From contig JAFGCR010000002.1 of assembly GCA_016932495.1 (NCBI GenBank), forward strand, positions 8,519 to 72,518: DNA of 64,000 nucleotides, read 5' to 3'. The position numbers and the translations under genes were made by a program. The stretch is from Candidatus Peregrinibacteria bacterium. Its GTDB lineage: Bacteria > Patescibacteriota > Gracilibacteria > UM-FILTER-43-11. Shown here one piece after another: positions 16,670-26,306 of the stretch; position 1 is the first letter of the stretch; each line of letters begins with the position of its first letter. The notes beneath the pieces are model-generated. The model saw nothing but the letters and a program-made list of their open reading frames with translations, was not told where the DNA came from and did no database searches.

Positions 16670-16894
16670 ATGCGTACTAAAACCGGAATCGTTACCAGCA
16701 ATAAGATGAACAAGACCCTCGTGGTCACCGTCATCACTTACAAATCCCACCCGAAATATCAGAAGCGCTATCAGACGTCTAAAAAGTTTTATGCGCATTG
16801 TGAAGATGCTTCCAAAATCGCTATCGGTGATACGGTGACGATTGCTGAAACCAGGCCTGTCAGTAAGCTGAAACGCTGGAAACTTGTCTCATAA
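16670..16894 (+). CDS. rpsQ: 30S ribosomal protein S17
   Basis: GIVTSNKMNKTLVVTV...HPKYQKRY....K.YAH. Confidence 0.95.
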   Translation: MRTKTGIVTSNKMNKTLVVTVITYKSHPKYQKRYQTSKKFYAHCEDASKIAIGDTVTIAETRPVSKLKRWKLVS

Positions 16895-16927
16895 AACAAT
16901 AACGATATAACGACGTAACGAAATAAC

Positions 16928-17296
16928 ATGATTCAACCGCAAACACTGCTCAATGTAGCGGACAACACAGGCGCAAAAAGGGTGATGTGTATTAAAACCC
17001 TCGGCGGATCCAAACGGCACTATGCCCATATCGGAGACGTGATCGTAGTGGCTGTGAAAACAGCTTCTCCGAAGGGGATTGTGAAAGCCCATTCCGTTGA
17101 ACGCGCCGTGGTCGTACGGACAGCCAATGCCATTCGCCGGCCTGACGGCTCCTATCTCCGTTTTGATGAGAATGCCTGTGTCATCGTTAACAAGGAAGGG
17201 ATCCCTAAAGGCACGCGCATTTTTGGGCCCATCGCCCGTGAACTCCGCCAGAAAGGGTATCAGAAAATTATTTCACTGGCTCCAGAAGTCCTTTAA
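16928..17296 (+). CDS. rplN: 50S ribosomal protein L14
   Basis: [17 protein letters not shown]... Confidence 0.98.
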   Translation: MIQPQTLLNVADNTGAKRVMCIKTLGGSKRHYAHIGDVIVVAVKTASPKGIVKAHSVERAVVVRTANAIRRPDGSYLRFDENACVIVNKEGIPKGTRIFGPIARELRQKGYQKIISLAPEVL

Positions 17297-17326
17297 ATTC
17301 AAATTCCTAATTCCTAAATCCTAAAC

Positions 17327-17668
17327 ATGAAGATCAAGGTTCAAGACAAAGTATTGGTGATCGCCGGCAAATATAAGGGGAAAACCGGTTCTGTGATGCG
17401 CGTTTATAAAAAAACCAATCACATAACGGTTGAGAAAGTAAATGTCCGGACCAGGCATATCAAAAAAACCCCCACGCATGCCGGCCAGAAGATCAAATAT
17501 GAAGCCCCGTTCGATGTTTCCAAGGCCCAATTGATCTGCCCCAACTGCAACAAGGCCACACGTGTCGCCTATAGCATTCCGAAACAAGGTAAAAAGTTCC
17601 GCATCTGCCTGAAATGCAATGAATCCGTTGAGCAGGCGGTCGCTAAAACGGAGAAGAAGAAAAAATAA
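17327..17668 (+). CDS. rplX: 50S ribosomal protein L24 (contains a CxxC...CxxC pair)
   Basis: KOW motif (VLVIAGKYKGKTGSV). C-terminal part is CPNC...CLKC. Confidence 0.93.
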   Translation: MKIKVQDKVLVIAGKYKGKTGSVMRVYKKTNHITVEKVNVRTRHIKKTPTHAGQKIKYEAPFDVSKAQLICPNCNKATRVAYSIPKQGKKFRICLKCNESVEQAVAKTEKKKK

Positions 17669-17802
17669 TTTTCAATTTCGACCAGGATTACACTGATTCA
17701 ATGATTAACATGATATACATAGTGACCAATCATTTAGAATCATAGCAATCAATCGTGATCATCAGTTAAATCATTTAATCATAGTTTAATTTTCAATTTT
17801 CA
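17669..17802 (+). repeat. Intergenic element of about 120 nt, copy H1 (paralogue of 25122..25243)
   Basis: Shares gattacactgatt, aatgat, catgata, catttaRaatcat, gatcatca and taatcaYagtttaattttca with the copy upstream of rpsK. Confidence 0.7.
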
Positions 17803-18345
17803 ATGAGCTTATACGAACAGATGACATCAGAGGTGATTCCCGCGCTGAAAAAGGAACTGGCGCTTAAAAACAGCTTCGCGGTTCCCCGCATCCAAAAAGT
17901 GAAGGTCAATGTCGGGATCGGTACCCTGGCCAAGCAGACTAAAGATTTTTCTGAAGTGATTGATAATGTCGCTAAGATCACAGGCCAAAAACCGGTTGTT
18001 ACCAACGCCAAAGTCGCGGTGTCGAATTTTAAATTACGCAAAGGCATGCCGGTCGGCATCACGGTCACTTTACGCGGGCAACGCGCTTATGATCTTGTGG
18101 ACCGCATCGTCAATGTCGTCCTTCCGCGCGTCCGGGATTTCCGCGGACTTTCCATAAAGGCATTTGACGGCCACGGAAATTATAATATCGGCTTTAGGGA
18201 GGCGCTGGTATTTCCGGAGGTCAATCCCGATGACGTGACGAATGTCCATGGCATCCAGGTCACGATTGTAACGACCGCTAAAAATGATGAACAAGGTTTA
18301 GCCCTGCTTAAAAAAATGGGATTTCCTTTTAAAAAAGAACTCTAG
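17803..18345 (+). CDS. rplE: 50S ribosomal protein L5
   Basis: 180 aa with ...PRIQKVKVNVGIG... and ...YNIGFREALVFPE... Confidence 0.97.
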   Translation: MSLYEQMTSEVIPALKKELALKNSFAVPRIQKVKVNVGIGTLAKQTKDFSEVIDNVAKITGQKPVVTNAKVAVSNFKLRKGMPVGITVTLRGQRAYDLVDRIVNVVLPRVRDFRGLSIKAFDGHGNYNIGFREALVFPEVNPDDVTNVHGIQVTIVTTAKNDEQGLALLKKMGFPFKKEL

Positions 18346-18497
18346 TTTACTTACATTTAACAACTGACAACTAATATGTAACAACTGATAAAATCGGTTT
18401 TCGTAACTCGAAGCTCGATCGAGCATCGCGATACGATAAACGAAAGCCGGTTAAAGTCAAAGGTTAAATGTAGAAATTTATATCAATAATTTACAAC

Positions 18498-18722
18498 ATG
18501 GCAAGAAAAGCACTCATTGTTAAAACCGAACGGCGCAAGAAGAAATATTTACAGGCGTTAGCGAACGGGAAAAAACCAAAAAAATGGGTCCGCACCTATA
18601 ATCGCTGTAAATTATGCGGACGTTCCCGCGGCTACTTAAGACATTTTGATATCTGTCGTATCTGTTTCCGTGAGCTGGCCTCTAAAGGCGAGATCATGGG
18701 CGTTAAAAAATCCAGTTGGTAA
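18498..18722 (+). CDS. rpsN: 30S ribosomal protein S14 (zinc-binding type)
   Basis: [25 protein letters not shown]... Confidence 0.93.
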   Translation: MARKALIVKTERRKKKYLQALANGKKPKKWVRTYNRCKLCGRSRGYLRHFDICRICFRELASKGEIMGVKKSSW

Positions 18723-18753
18723 CCTTTTCCATTTAAATTTTTCTCTTTTTAGT

Positions 18754-19134
18754 ATGACTGATCCTATTGCTGATTTACTCACCCGCATGCGCAACGCTGT
18801 CAAAGCCCGACAGGCCAAAACGGTTGCTCCGTATTCCAAGCTCAAAACCTCGATTTTGGATGTGATGAAGAAGCGGCATTTCATTAGCGGCTACAAAGTC
18901 GTCAAAAACGGCACCTTTAATGAGATTGAGATCGAATTTAATCCTGATCTTAATAGTTTTAATCTGAAACGTGTCAGCAAGCCGGGCCGACGGATTTATA
19001 TGAAGAAAAACAACATCAAGCCCGTGGTCCATGGGTACGGTATCTCTATTTTTTCTACCCCTCAAGGTGTGATGGCTGGCGATGAAGCGGCTAAAAAGGG
19101 GATGGGGGGAGAATATTTGTGCCAGATCTGGTAA
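18754..19134 (+). CDS. rpsH: 30S ribosomal protein S8
   Basis: Start moved to the ATG at 18754 (MTDPIADLLTRMRNA...). The listed 18646 start overlaps rpsN. Confidence 0.95.
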   Translation: MTDPIADLLTRMRNAVKARQAKTVAPYSKLKTSILDVMKKRHFISGYKVVKNGTFNEIEIEFNPDLNSFNLKRVSKPGRRIYMKKNNIKPVVHGYGISIFSTPQGVMAGDEAAKKGMGGEYLCQIW

Positions 19135-19197
19135 TTTTAATTTTCCCCTGACCCTGAACTCGTTTCAGGGGATTCGGGATCTAATTCTCAATTTTCA

Positions 19198-19752
19198 ATG
19201 TCTTTAATAGGCAAACGTCCCATCATAGTTCCCGCATCGGCTGAAGTCACCATTGCCGGCCGTACGGTCAAAGTCAAGGGCCCTAAAGGGGAGCTCAGTT
19301 ATACTTTTTCTCCTTTGGTCGATATCCTGATGGAAGAAGGACAGATCATTGTGAAGCGCAAGGCCGACGATAAACAGTCTAAAAGCACGCATGGCCTCAC
19401 CCGCGCCCTGCTTAATAATATGGTCATTGGTGTTTCCGAGGGTTTTGAAAAACGCCTCGAGATCATTGGCGTAGGTTACCGGGCTCAGGTCAGCGGGAAG
19501 AAGATAACGCTTAGCCTTGGCTTTTCCCATCCCATTGAAATGATCGCTCCCGAGGGGGTGAATATCGCCATGGATCCGGAAAACAAAAACGTCGTCATTA
19601 TTTCCGGTATCGATAAACAGCAGGTCGGCGAAATGGCCGCGCAGATCCGCAAGCATCGTCCCCCTGAACCGTATAAGGGCAAGGGGGTGCGCTATATAGA
19701 CGAGCATGTCCACCGGAAAGCCGGGAAGGCCGCCGCCAAAGCTTCTGCTTAA
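19198..19752 (+). CDS. rplF: 50S ribosomal protein L6
   Basis: MSLIGKRPI.VP..V.....TVKVKGPKGEL... Confidence 0.96.
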   Translation: MSLIGKRPIIVPASAEVTIAGRTVKVKGPKGELSYTFSPLVDILMEEGQIIVKRKADDKQSKSTHGLTRALLNNMVIGVSEGFEKRLEIIGVGYRAQVSGKKITLSLGFSHPIEMIAPEGVNIAMDPENKNVVIISGIDKQQVGEMAAQIRKHRPPEPYKGKGVRYIDEHVHRKAGKAAAKASA

Positions 19753-19791
19753 TATTTTTTTATCAATCCTTAATAATCTTTATCCTTTCCC

Positions 19792-20136
19792 ATGATCTCC
19801 TCTAAAGAACAACACCGCCAAAGACGTCATCAGAAAATCCGGGCTAAAGTCTTCGGGACCGATAAACGACCGAGGCTATCCGTTTTCCGGAGTCATGTCG
19901 CTATTTATGCCCAGCTGATTGACGATAAAGAAGCAAAAGTACTGGTTTCCGCCTCTTCTCTTAAGCAAAATAAAGGAAATACCACTGAAGGAGCCAGGCA
20001 GGCAGGTCTTGAATTGGCCAAAGCCGCCAAAGGCAAGAAAATTTCTGCCTGTATCTTTGATCGCGGCGGCTATCTTTATCACGGCCGCGTCAAAGCCCTG
20101 GCAGAAGGCGCCCGTGAAGGCGGACTGGAATTTTAA
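19792..20136 (+). CDS. rplR: 50S ribosomal protein L18
   Basis: ...RLSVFRS..HIYAQLIDD... and FDRGGYLYHGRVKALAEGAREGGLEF. Confidence 0.96.
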   Translation: MISSKEQHRQRRHQKIRAKVFGTDKRPRLSVFRSHVAIYAQLIDDKEAKVLVSASSLKQNKGNTTEGARQAGLELAKAAKGKKISACIFDRGGYLYHGRVKALAEGAREGGLEF

Positions 20137-20165
20137 TATTCAATTTTTAATTTTTAATAAGCATT

Positions 20166-20753
20166 ATGGCTAAAAAGAATCAACCAAGAGGCCCGCGTCA
20201 TGAAAAAGAGCCAAAGGAGTTCGAAGAGGAGGTACTTCAGATAGACCGGGTGACCCGTGTGGTAAAAGGCGGCCGCCGTTTACGTTTCCGTTGCCTGGTG
20301 GCGATCGGGGACAAAAAAGGGCGGGTAGGCATTGGGATCGGAAAGGCCACGGAAGTTGTTAACGGAATCAAAAAAGCAGTTACGAAAGCCAAAAAAAATC
20401 TGATCAAGGTGCCTATTACTGATACTGATACCATTCCCCATGAAATAAAGATCAAACATAAATCCGCCCGTCTTTTTATTATGCCGGCTTCATCCGGTAC
20501 GGGTGTGATTGCGGGCGGATCTCTGCGAAAAATTCTGAATCTTGCCGGGGTTAAAAATGTTTTAAGTAAAAGTTACGGCACGAACAATAAAGTGGTCACT
20601 GCCCAGGCTTCCATCAAGGCTCTGCAGAGGCTGCGGCCTGCCAGAAAGGCCAAAAAAATTGAGGACAAAAAGGAGAAACCAGTGGAATCCAAAAAAGAAA
20701 CGTCCGAAAAGCCAGTCAAAAAAGAACCAAATAAAGAAAAGAAAGAGGAATAA
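20166..20753 (+). CDS. rpsE: 30S ribosomal protein S5 with a K/E-rich C-terminal tail
   Basis: ...VTRVVKGGRRLRFRCLVAIGDKKGRVGIGIGKA... followed by a KKIEDKKEKP...KEKKEE tail. Confidence 0.96.
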   Translation: MAKKNQPRGPRHEKEPKEFEEEVLQIDRVTRVVKGGRRLRFRCLVAIGDKKGRVGIGIGKATEVVNGIKKAVTKAKKNLIKVPITDTDTIPHEIKIKHKSARLFIMPASSGTGVIAGGSLRKILNLAGVKNVLSKSYGTNNKVVTAQASIKALQRLRPARKAKKIEDKKEKPVESKKETSEKPVKKEPNKEKKEE

Positions 20754-20801
20754 TCTTCTCCTGAATTAAATTCAGGATTTAATTTTCAATTTTTAATCAA
20801 T

Positions 20802-21239
20802 ATGCTGTTAAATTCTATTCAATCAAAAAGCGGCGCTACGAAGAAAAAAAAGCGGATCGGGCGAGGGAATGCTTCGGGCCATGGAACGTTTTCAGGCCGT
20901 GGCTGCAAAGGGCAGGGTCAGCGCAAAAGCGGCAATGTCCGTCCGGGTTTTGAGGGTGGCCAGACCCCGCTTATTATGCGCCTCCCCAAACTCAGAGGCT
21001 TTAAAAATCCCACCAAGGCTTATTTCCAAGTCGTTAATGTCAAAGATCTCGATCGTTTCAAAGATGGTGATGAGGTCAATGTGCTGACGTTGCTGGAAAA
21101 AAGACTGGTACGCCAAAAAGGAGAGCCTGTTAAATTGCTGGGGCATGGCAAATTAACCAAAAAATTAACCGTCAAACTCCATAAAATCTCGGCAACAGCC
21201 AAAGATAAAGTGCTTCAGGCAGGCGGGAAAATAATCTAA
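20802..21239 (+). CDS. rplO: 50S ribosomal protein L15
   Basis: ...KKRIGRGNASGHGTFSGRG.KGQ..R... Confidence 0.95.
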   Translation: MLLNSIQSKSGATKKKKRIGRGNASGHGTFSGRGCKGQGQRKSGNVRPGFEGGQTPLIMRLPKLRGFKNPTKAYFQVVNVKDLDRFKDGDEVNVLTLLEKRLVRQKGEPVKLLGHGKLTKKLTVKLHKISATAKDKVLQAGGKII

Positions 21240-21269
21240 ATTTTCATTTATCATTTTTCATTTTAAAGG

Positions 21270-22568
21270 TTGTTTAAATATCTCAAACAAATCTGGCAAT
21301 CCGCAACGCTTCGCCGCCGAATTTTATTCACTCTTTTTATTCTGCTGGTTTTCCGGATCGCCGCTCATATTACCGTGCCCGGTGTGAATATTGCGGAATT
21401 AAAGAATATTTTTGACCAGAACAGCTTGCTGGGCGTTTTTTCGGCGATGACAGGTGGGTCAATGGAACGTTTTTCCATCGTTTTAATGGGGCTGGCACCT
21501 TATATCAACGCGTCCATTATCATGCAGCTGATGACGGTTGTTGTCCCTAAACTTGAAGCCCTTTCTAAAGAAGGGATGGAAGGGCGCCGCCAGATCAACA
21601 AATATACCCGCTGGCTGACCATTCCCCTGGCCTTTCTTCAGTCTTACGGCATGATTATTTTACTCAATCAAAGCTCACAAGGCCGCCTGATTCCGGGAGC
21701 CGGACAGCTGGGAATCATCCTGCCCATTATGCTGATCGTCACCGCGGGCACGATTTTGATCATGTGGCTGGGTGAACTGATCACCGAAAATGGTATCGGA
21801 AACGGCATCTCTCTGATCATCTTTACGGGTATTATCGCGGGAATCCCTACGATTTTTGGCCGTATGCTAGGCACATTTCAGGCCGGCGACACCACCAAAA
21901 TGGCCCACTTTCTTCTTTTTATCCTCCTGACCCTGCTGTTGCTTGTGTTTGTGGTGATCATATCCGAAGGGCAACGCAATATTCCTATTACATACGCAAC
22001 CCGCGCCACCGGAGGTAAGGGAGAAAAATCCGTTTTGCCGATCCGTGTGAATCAGGCAGGCATGATCCCGATCATTTTTGCGATTTCCATGGTGACGTTT
22101 CCATCCGTTATTGCCCAGTTTTTCAGCGTTTCCAATTCGGGTGCCCTTCAGGCGACCGCTGATTTTATCAATAAATATCTGAACGCCAATAATCCCAGCT
22201 ATTTTTATCTGGTCACCTATTTCCTTCTTATCGTCGCTTTTTCTTATTTTTACGTGAGCGTGACGTTTAATCCGGACAATGTCGCTGAGACCATCCAAAA
22301 ACGGGGCGGTTTTATTCCCGGCATCCGCCCAGGCCGCCAGACCGCTGAATTTTTAGGCAGGACCTCCAGCCATCTTAATCTTTTTGGCGGTTCCTTTATC
22401 GCGTTGGTCGCGGTGGTCCCGATTATTTTTACCAAATACACTACCCTTTCCTCCGGCGATTTGATCATCAGCGGGGCGGGGCTGATCATTATGGTCGGTG
22501 TCGTGCTGGAACTCATCCGTCAGATCGATGCTCAGCTGGTGATGCATGATTACGAGAAATTATATTAG
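21270..22568 (+). CDS. secY: Preprotein translocase subunit SecY
   Basis: 432 aa with about 10 TM helices. The N-terminus is typical of SecY. TTG start. Confidence 0.95.
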   Translation: MFKYLKQIWQSATLRRRILFTLFILLVFRIAAHITVPGVNIAELKNIFDQNSLLGVFSAMTGGSMERFSIVLMGLAPYINASIIMQLMTVVVPKLEALSKEGMEGRRQINKYTRWLTIPLAFLQSYGMIILLNQSSQGRLIPGAGQLGIILPIMLIVTAGTILIMWLGELITENGIGNGISLIIFTGIIAGIPTIFGRMLGTFQAGDTTKMAHFLLFILLTLLLLVFVVIISEGQRNIPITYATRATGGKGEKSVLPIRVNQAGMIPIIFAISMVTFPSVIAQFFSVSNSGALQATADFINKYLNANNPSYFYLVTYFLLIVAFSYFYVSVTFNPDNVAETIQKRGGFIPGIRPGRQTAEFLGRTSSHLNLFGGSFIALVAVVPIIFTKYTTLSSGDLIISGAGLIIMVGVVLELIRQIDAQLVMHDYEKLY

Positions 22569-22613
22569 TGTGTCTCGGGGCTCGTGTCTCGCGGCTCGTA
22601 ATAGTTTATCAAG

Positions 22614-23252
22614 ATGGATATTATTTTATTCGGAATGCAGGGGTCAGGCAAAGGAACCCAGGGGCACTACCTGGCAGAAAAATACGGCCTGACTGTTTTT
22701 GAGATGGGCGGACAGCTGCGCCAGATTATTAAATCCGGCTCCTCTCTGGGCGAAAAAATCAAAGGAATCGTAGAGGCAGGAAACCTGGTGGATGATAATA
22801 CGATTATGGAGGTGGTCGAAAATTTTCTTTCTGATCTTACCCCGGAGCAGGCGGTTCTTTTTGACGGCATTCCCCGCACGATAACCCAATCTGAAAAATT
22901 GTTAAATTTGCTTACCCATCACCAACGGGACGCTTTTGCGGTCCTTATCAAAATATCCGAAGATGAGGCGATTAAACGGCTGACACAGCGCCGGGTCTGC
23001 GAAAACTGCAAAGGAGTTTACCCCCCTGCCTATAAAGCCGACACCTGTGAACATTGCGGCGGTAAATTGGTGGTCCGCCATGATGACAATCTGGAAAGCA
23101 TCCAGCGCCGTCTGGAGAATTATAGAAATGAGACCCTTCCTGTGATCAGCAGCTTTTATGAACGGGACCGTTTGATTGAAGTCGATGGGGAGCAGGTTAT
23201 TGAAAAGGTGACCAAAGAGATGTTTGAGAAAGTGGATTATTTATTTACGTGA
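22614..23252 (+). CDS. adk: Adenylate kinase (zinc-lid type)
   Basis: P-loop GMQGSGKGTQ. Lid is CENCKGVY...CEHCGG. Confidence 0.95.
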   Translation: MDIILFGMQGSGKGTQGHYLAEKYGLTVFEMGGQLRQIIKSGSSLGEKIKGIVEAGNLVDDNTIMEVVENFLSDLTPEQAVLFDGIPRTITQSEKLLNLLTHHQRDAFAVLIKISEDEAIKRLTQRRVCENCKGVYPPAYKADTCEHCGGKLVVRHDDNLESIQRRLENYRNETLPVISSFYERDRLIEVDGEQVIEKVTKEMFEKVDYLFT

Positions 23253-23297
23253 CTCGTGTCCCGCGACTTGTGTTTTGTCTAAGCAAACCTATTATTT

Positions 23298-24053
23298 ATG
23301 GACGGTTTTATTCCCATTAAAACACCAGCACAGATCAGGGCGATGCGGGAAGGGGGCCGTATTTTAAGAGAGGCTCTTTTGGTCGCCGAAAAAGCTGTCT
23401 GCCCAGGCATTACCACGTATGACCTTGATAAAATCGTCGAAAAGACCATTGTGCGCCATAAAGGGGCTCAGCCGGGATTTAAGGGGTATCGCGGATTTCC
23501 GGCTACACTTTGTACTTCTGTGAATGAAGAAGTGGTTCATGGCATCCCAAGCCATGACCGTATTTTAAAAGAAGGGGATATCGTAGGGATCGACTGCGGT
23601 GTTTATTATAAGGGCCTTTACACAGACGCCTGCATTACCGTTATGGTTGGCAGGGTCCGTCCTGAGGTCAGCCATTTTGTTAAAACAACCAAGAAAGCCC
23701 TTAAAAACGCGATTAAAAAAGTCCGGCCGGGAGGGTATGTCGGCGATATTTCCGCTGCTATCCAGAAAACCCTTGAGGATCAGAATTATTCACCTGTGAT
23801 CGAGTGTACCGGTCATGGGGTCGGGGAAAATCTTCACGAACCTCCGGAAATCCTCAACGTAGGGCAAAAAGGAACTGGCCCGCTGATCAAACCGGGAATG
23901 GTTTTTGCAATCGAACCCATCTCTGCCATGGGAGATGGCGCAGTTATCACTGCAGAAGACGGATGGACTGTTGTTACGGCGGACAAGAGTCTTTCCGCCC
24001 ATTTTGAGCACACGGTTCTGGTCACCAAGAAGGATTGTGAGGTGCTGGTTTAG
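23298..24053 (+). CDS. map: Methionine aminopeptidase, type I
   Basis: ...VVHGIP....L.EGDIV.ID......G...D...T..VG... and ...HGVG..LHE.P.... Confidence 0.95.
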   Translation: MDGFIPIKTPAQIRAMREGGRILREALLVAEKAVCPGITTYDLDKIVEKTIVRHKGAQPGFKGYRGFPATLCTSVNEEVVHGIPSHDRILKEGDIVGIDCGVYYKGLYTDACITVMVGRVRPEVSHFVKTTKKALKNAIKKVRPGGYVGDISAAIQKTLEDQNYSPVIECTGHGVGENLHEPPEILNVGQKGTGPLIKPGMVFAIEPISAMGDGAVITAEDGWTVVTADKSLSAHFEHTVLVTKKDCEVLV

Positions 24054-24082
24054 TGTTTTATGATTTATTTTTTTCTTCGTGT

Positions 24083-24225
24083 ATATGACCCGCTCCCGCA
24101 TTGCGGGGTATGGGCGGGGCTCCAATGTAATTGGGGTAAAGTACAGATCCTGGATCCCCTGAATCAAGTTCAGGGTCAGGAAGGGGTAAGAAAGAAATTA
24201 GAGTAAAGAAAGAAGATATATTTTA
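24083..24225 (+). repeat. Composite hairpin + polypurine element, copy F (expanded)
   Basis: gtatatgacccgctcccgcattgcggggtatgggcgggg ... aggaaggggtaagaaagaaattagagtaaagaaagaag. Confidence 0.55.
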
Positions 24226-24288
24226 TAAAATATTTTTAAAATTTGTCTATATAAAATTCACCAAAAATAAAAAAACTTAAAAAATCTC

Positions 24289-24317
24289 TTGTCCTCTCTG
24301 GTCCAATTGTGTACACT
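24289..24317 (+). promoter_or_regulatory. Candidate internal promoter upstream of infA
   Basis: TTGTCC, 17-nt spacer, TACACT. Weaker match than the other promoters. Confidence 0.4.
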
Positions 24318-24345
24318 CTTACCGCTTTTGTTCACTCGTCTCTCT

Positions 24346-24573
24346 ATGGCCAAACAAGTTATCGAGGTGGAAGGAAAGGTCGTTGAATCTCTCTCAAATG
24401 CAACTTTTAAAGTTGAGCTGATCGGTGAGCAATATAAAGGCCATACCATTTTGGCGCATGTCTCCGGTAAGGTCCGCATGAATTATATCCGCATCCTGCC
24501 GGGCGACATCGTCACGGTCGAAATCACACCTTACGATTTATCTAAAGGGCGAATCACTTATCGTCATAAATAA
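24346..24573 (+). CDS. infA: Translation initiation factor IF-1
   Basis: Start set at the ATG at 24346 ([25 protein letters not shown]...). S1-like fold sequence. Confidence 0.95.
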   Translation: MAKQVIEVEGKVVESLSNATFKVELIGEQYKGHTILAHVSGKVRMNYIRILPGDIVTVEITPYDLSKGRITYRHK

Positions 24574-24584
24574 TTATCCACACC

Positions 24585-24701
24585 ATGAAAGTAAGAGCTT
24601 CGGTTAAAAAAATTTGTGACAAATGCCGTGTTATTAAACGGAAAGGCGTTATCCGTGTGATCTGCCCTGCATCCAAAAAGCACAAACAAAGGCAAGGTTA
24701 G
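24585..24701 (+). CDS. rpmJ: 50S ribosomal protein L36
   Basis: 38-aa ORF that is not in the ORF track: [38 protein letters not shown]. Confidence 0.93.
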   Translation: MKVRASVKKICDKCRVIKRKGVIRVICPASKKHKQRQG

Positions 24702-24740
24702 CTGAATTTTAAATTTTAAGTTTTAAGTTTTAATTTTGAT

Positions 24741-25121
24741 ATGGCTAGAATAGCTGGAGTCAATCTTCCCAAAGGAAAGCGCATTGAGGTCGCCCTTACT
24801 TACATTTATGGTATTGGGCGACGTCTCAGCCGTCAGGTTTTAACCAGTCTGAAAATCGATCTGGACACAAAGGTCGAAGATCTCTCTTCCGCCCAGGAGC
24901 AAAAAATCCGTGAAGCGGTTTCAAAACTAAGGGTCGAAGGCGATTTAAAGCGTCAGGTCGGCGGGGATATCAAACGTCTGCAGGAAATCGGGACTTACCG
25001 CGGTTTCCGTCACCGCCGCCGCCTGCCTGTACGCGGGCAGCGCACTAAAACCAATGCCCGCACTAAACGCGGCAAACGCGTGACAATGGGCAGCGGAAAA
25101 ATAAAAGAAGCAAAGAAATAA
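24741..25121 (+). CDS. rpsM: 30S ribosomal protein S13
   Basis: [12 protein letters not shown]...ALTYIYGIG... Confidence 0.97.
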   Translation: MARIAGVNLPKGKRIEVALTYIYGIGRRLSRQVLTSLKIDLDTKVEDLSSAQEQKIREAVSKLRVEGDLKRQVGGDIKRLQEIGTYRGFRHRRRLPVRGQRTKTNARTKRGKRVTMGSGKIKEAKK

Positions 25122-25243
25122 AACCACGATTACACTGATTTAAATGATGCGCATGATACACTCAGTTGCCATTCATTTAAAATCATGACGATCATCATAG
25201 CTTATCAATTCAATCTTTTAATCACAGTTTAATTTTCATTTCA
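25122..25243 (+). repeat. Intergenic element of about 120 nt, copy H2 (paralogue of 17669..17802)
   Basis: See copy H1. Same orientation, and it ends in the same taatcacagtttaattttca...ATG context. Confidence 0.7.
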
Positions 25244-25633
25244 ATGGCAGAGAAAGTCACTAAAAACAGGAAGAAGATCCGGAAGACCGTCCCCTTGGCG
25301 CATGCGCATATAACCGCGACTTATAATAATACTATGATCAGTATTACCGAGCCGAATGGTAATGTCCTGGCATGGGCATCTGCCGGAGCCAATGGTTTTA
25401 AGGGCACACGTAAATCCACTCCTTACGCGGCCACCGTCACTGCTGAAAAAATCGCGGAAAAAGTGGCGCCTTACGGAGTGGAGCATTTAAAAGTTTTTAT
25501 AAAAGGAGTCGGTACCGGCCGCGAACAGGCTGTCCGCGGACTGCACGCCTCCGGTTTTGAGCTTGATGCTATTTTTGACAATACTCCCATGCCGCACAAT
25601 GGCTGCCGCAAACGAAGATCCCGCCGAGTCTAA
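25244..25633 (+). CDS. rpsK: 30S ribosomal protein S11
   Basis: ...AHITATYNNTMISITEPNGNVLAW.SAG..GFKG.RKSTPYAA... Confidence 0.97.
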   Translation: MAEKVTKNRKKIRKTVPLAHAHITATYNNTMISITEPNGNVLAWASAGANGFKGTRKSTPYAATVTAEKIAEKVAPYGVEHLKVFIKGVGTGREQAVRGLHASGFELDAIFDNTPMPHNGCRKRRSRRV

Positions 25634-25665
25634 CAATCTTTAAATCTTAAATTTTAAATTCTAGA

Positions 25666-26277
25666 ATGAGATATACTGGTCCGAAAGCACGATTATGCCG
25701 ACGTCATCGCGCCAACTTGTTTGGCACTTCAAAATATACCAAGATTTTGGAACGGCGGTCCGGGAAGCCGGGCGCCCATGGTGCCCGTATGGCTTTTGGT
25801 AAATTAAGTGAATACGGTTCACAGCTTAGCGAAAAACAGAAAGCCCGTACCCTTTTCGGTATCTCCGAAAAACAATTCAGCAATTATTTTAAAAAAGCGT
25901 CGGCTATGCCTGGTGAAACAGGCGAGAATCTTTTACGCCTGCTGGAGCTTCGTCTGGATAATGTGATTTATGTTTCTCAATTTGCGGTTACCCGTATACA
26001 GGCACGCCAAATGGTCACTCATGGCCATTTCCGTCTGAACGGGCGTCGGGTCGATATCCCTTCGATCCAGGTCCGCCCGGGAGATAAGATCGAGCTCATC
26101 GATAAAATGAAAAATTCACCGCTTTACGGCGGTCTGGAGAAACTGAAAGATTATTCCCCCAAATGGCTGAAAGTGGACCTTAAAAAAATTGGTGTCGACA
26201 TTCTTTCCCCGCCGGAAAAAGATGATCTGGAGAAGAGCATCGACAGCCAATTGATCGTTGAATTCTATTCACGATAA
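25666..26277 (+). CDS. rpsD: 30S ribosomal protein S4
   Basis: MRYTGPKARLCRR... and a C-terminal S4 RNA-binding domain. Confidence 0.96.
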   Translation: MRYTGPKARLCRRHRANLFGTSKYTKILERRSGKPGAHGARMAFGKLSEYGSQLSEKQKARTLFGISEKQFSNYFKKASAMPGETGENLLRLLELRLDNVIYVSQFAVTRIQARQMVTHGHFRLNGRRVDIPSIQVRPGDKIELIDKMKNSPLYGGLEKLKDYSPKWLKVDLKKIGVDILSPPEKDDLEKSIDSQLIVEFYSR

Positions 26278-26306
26278 CCCCTTATCTTTTTTAACCTTAA
26301 TGCACT

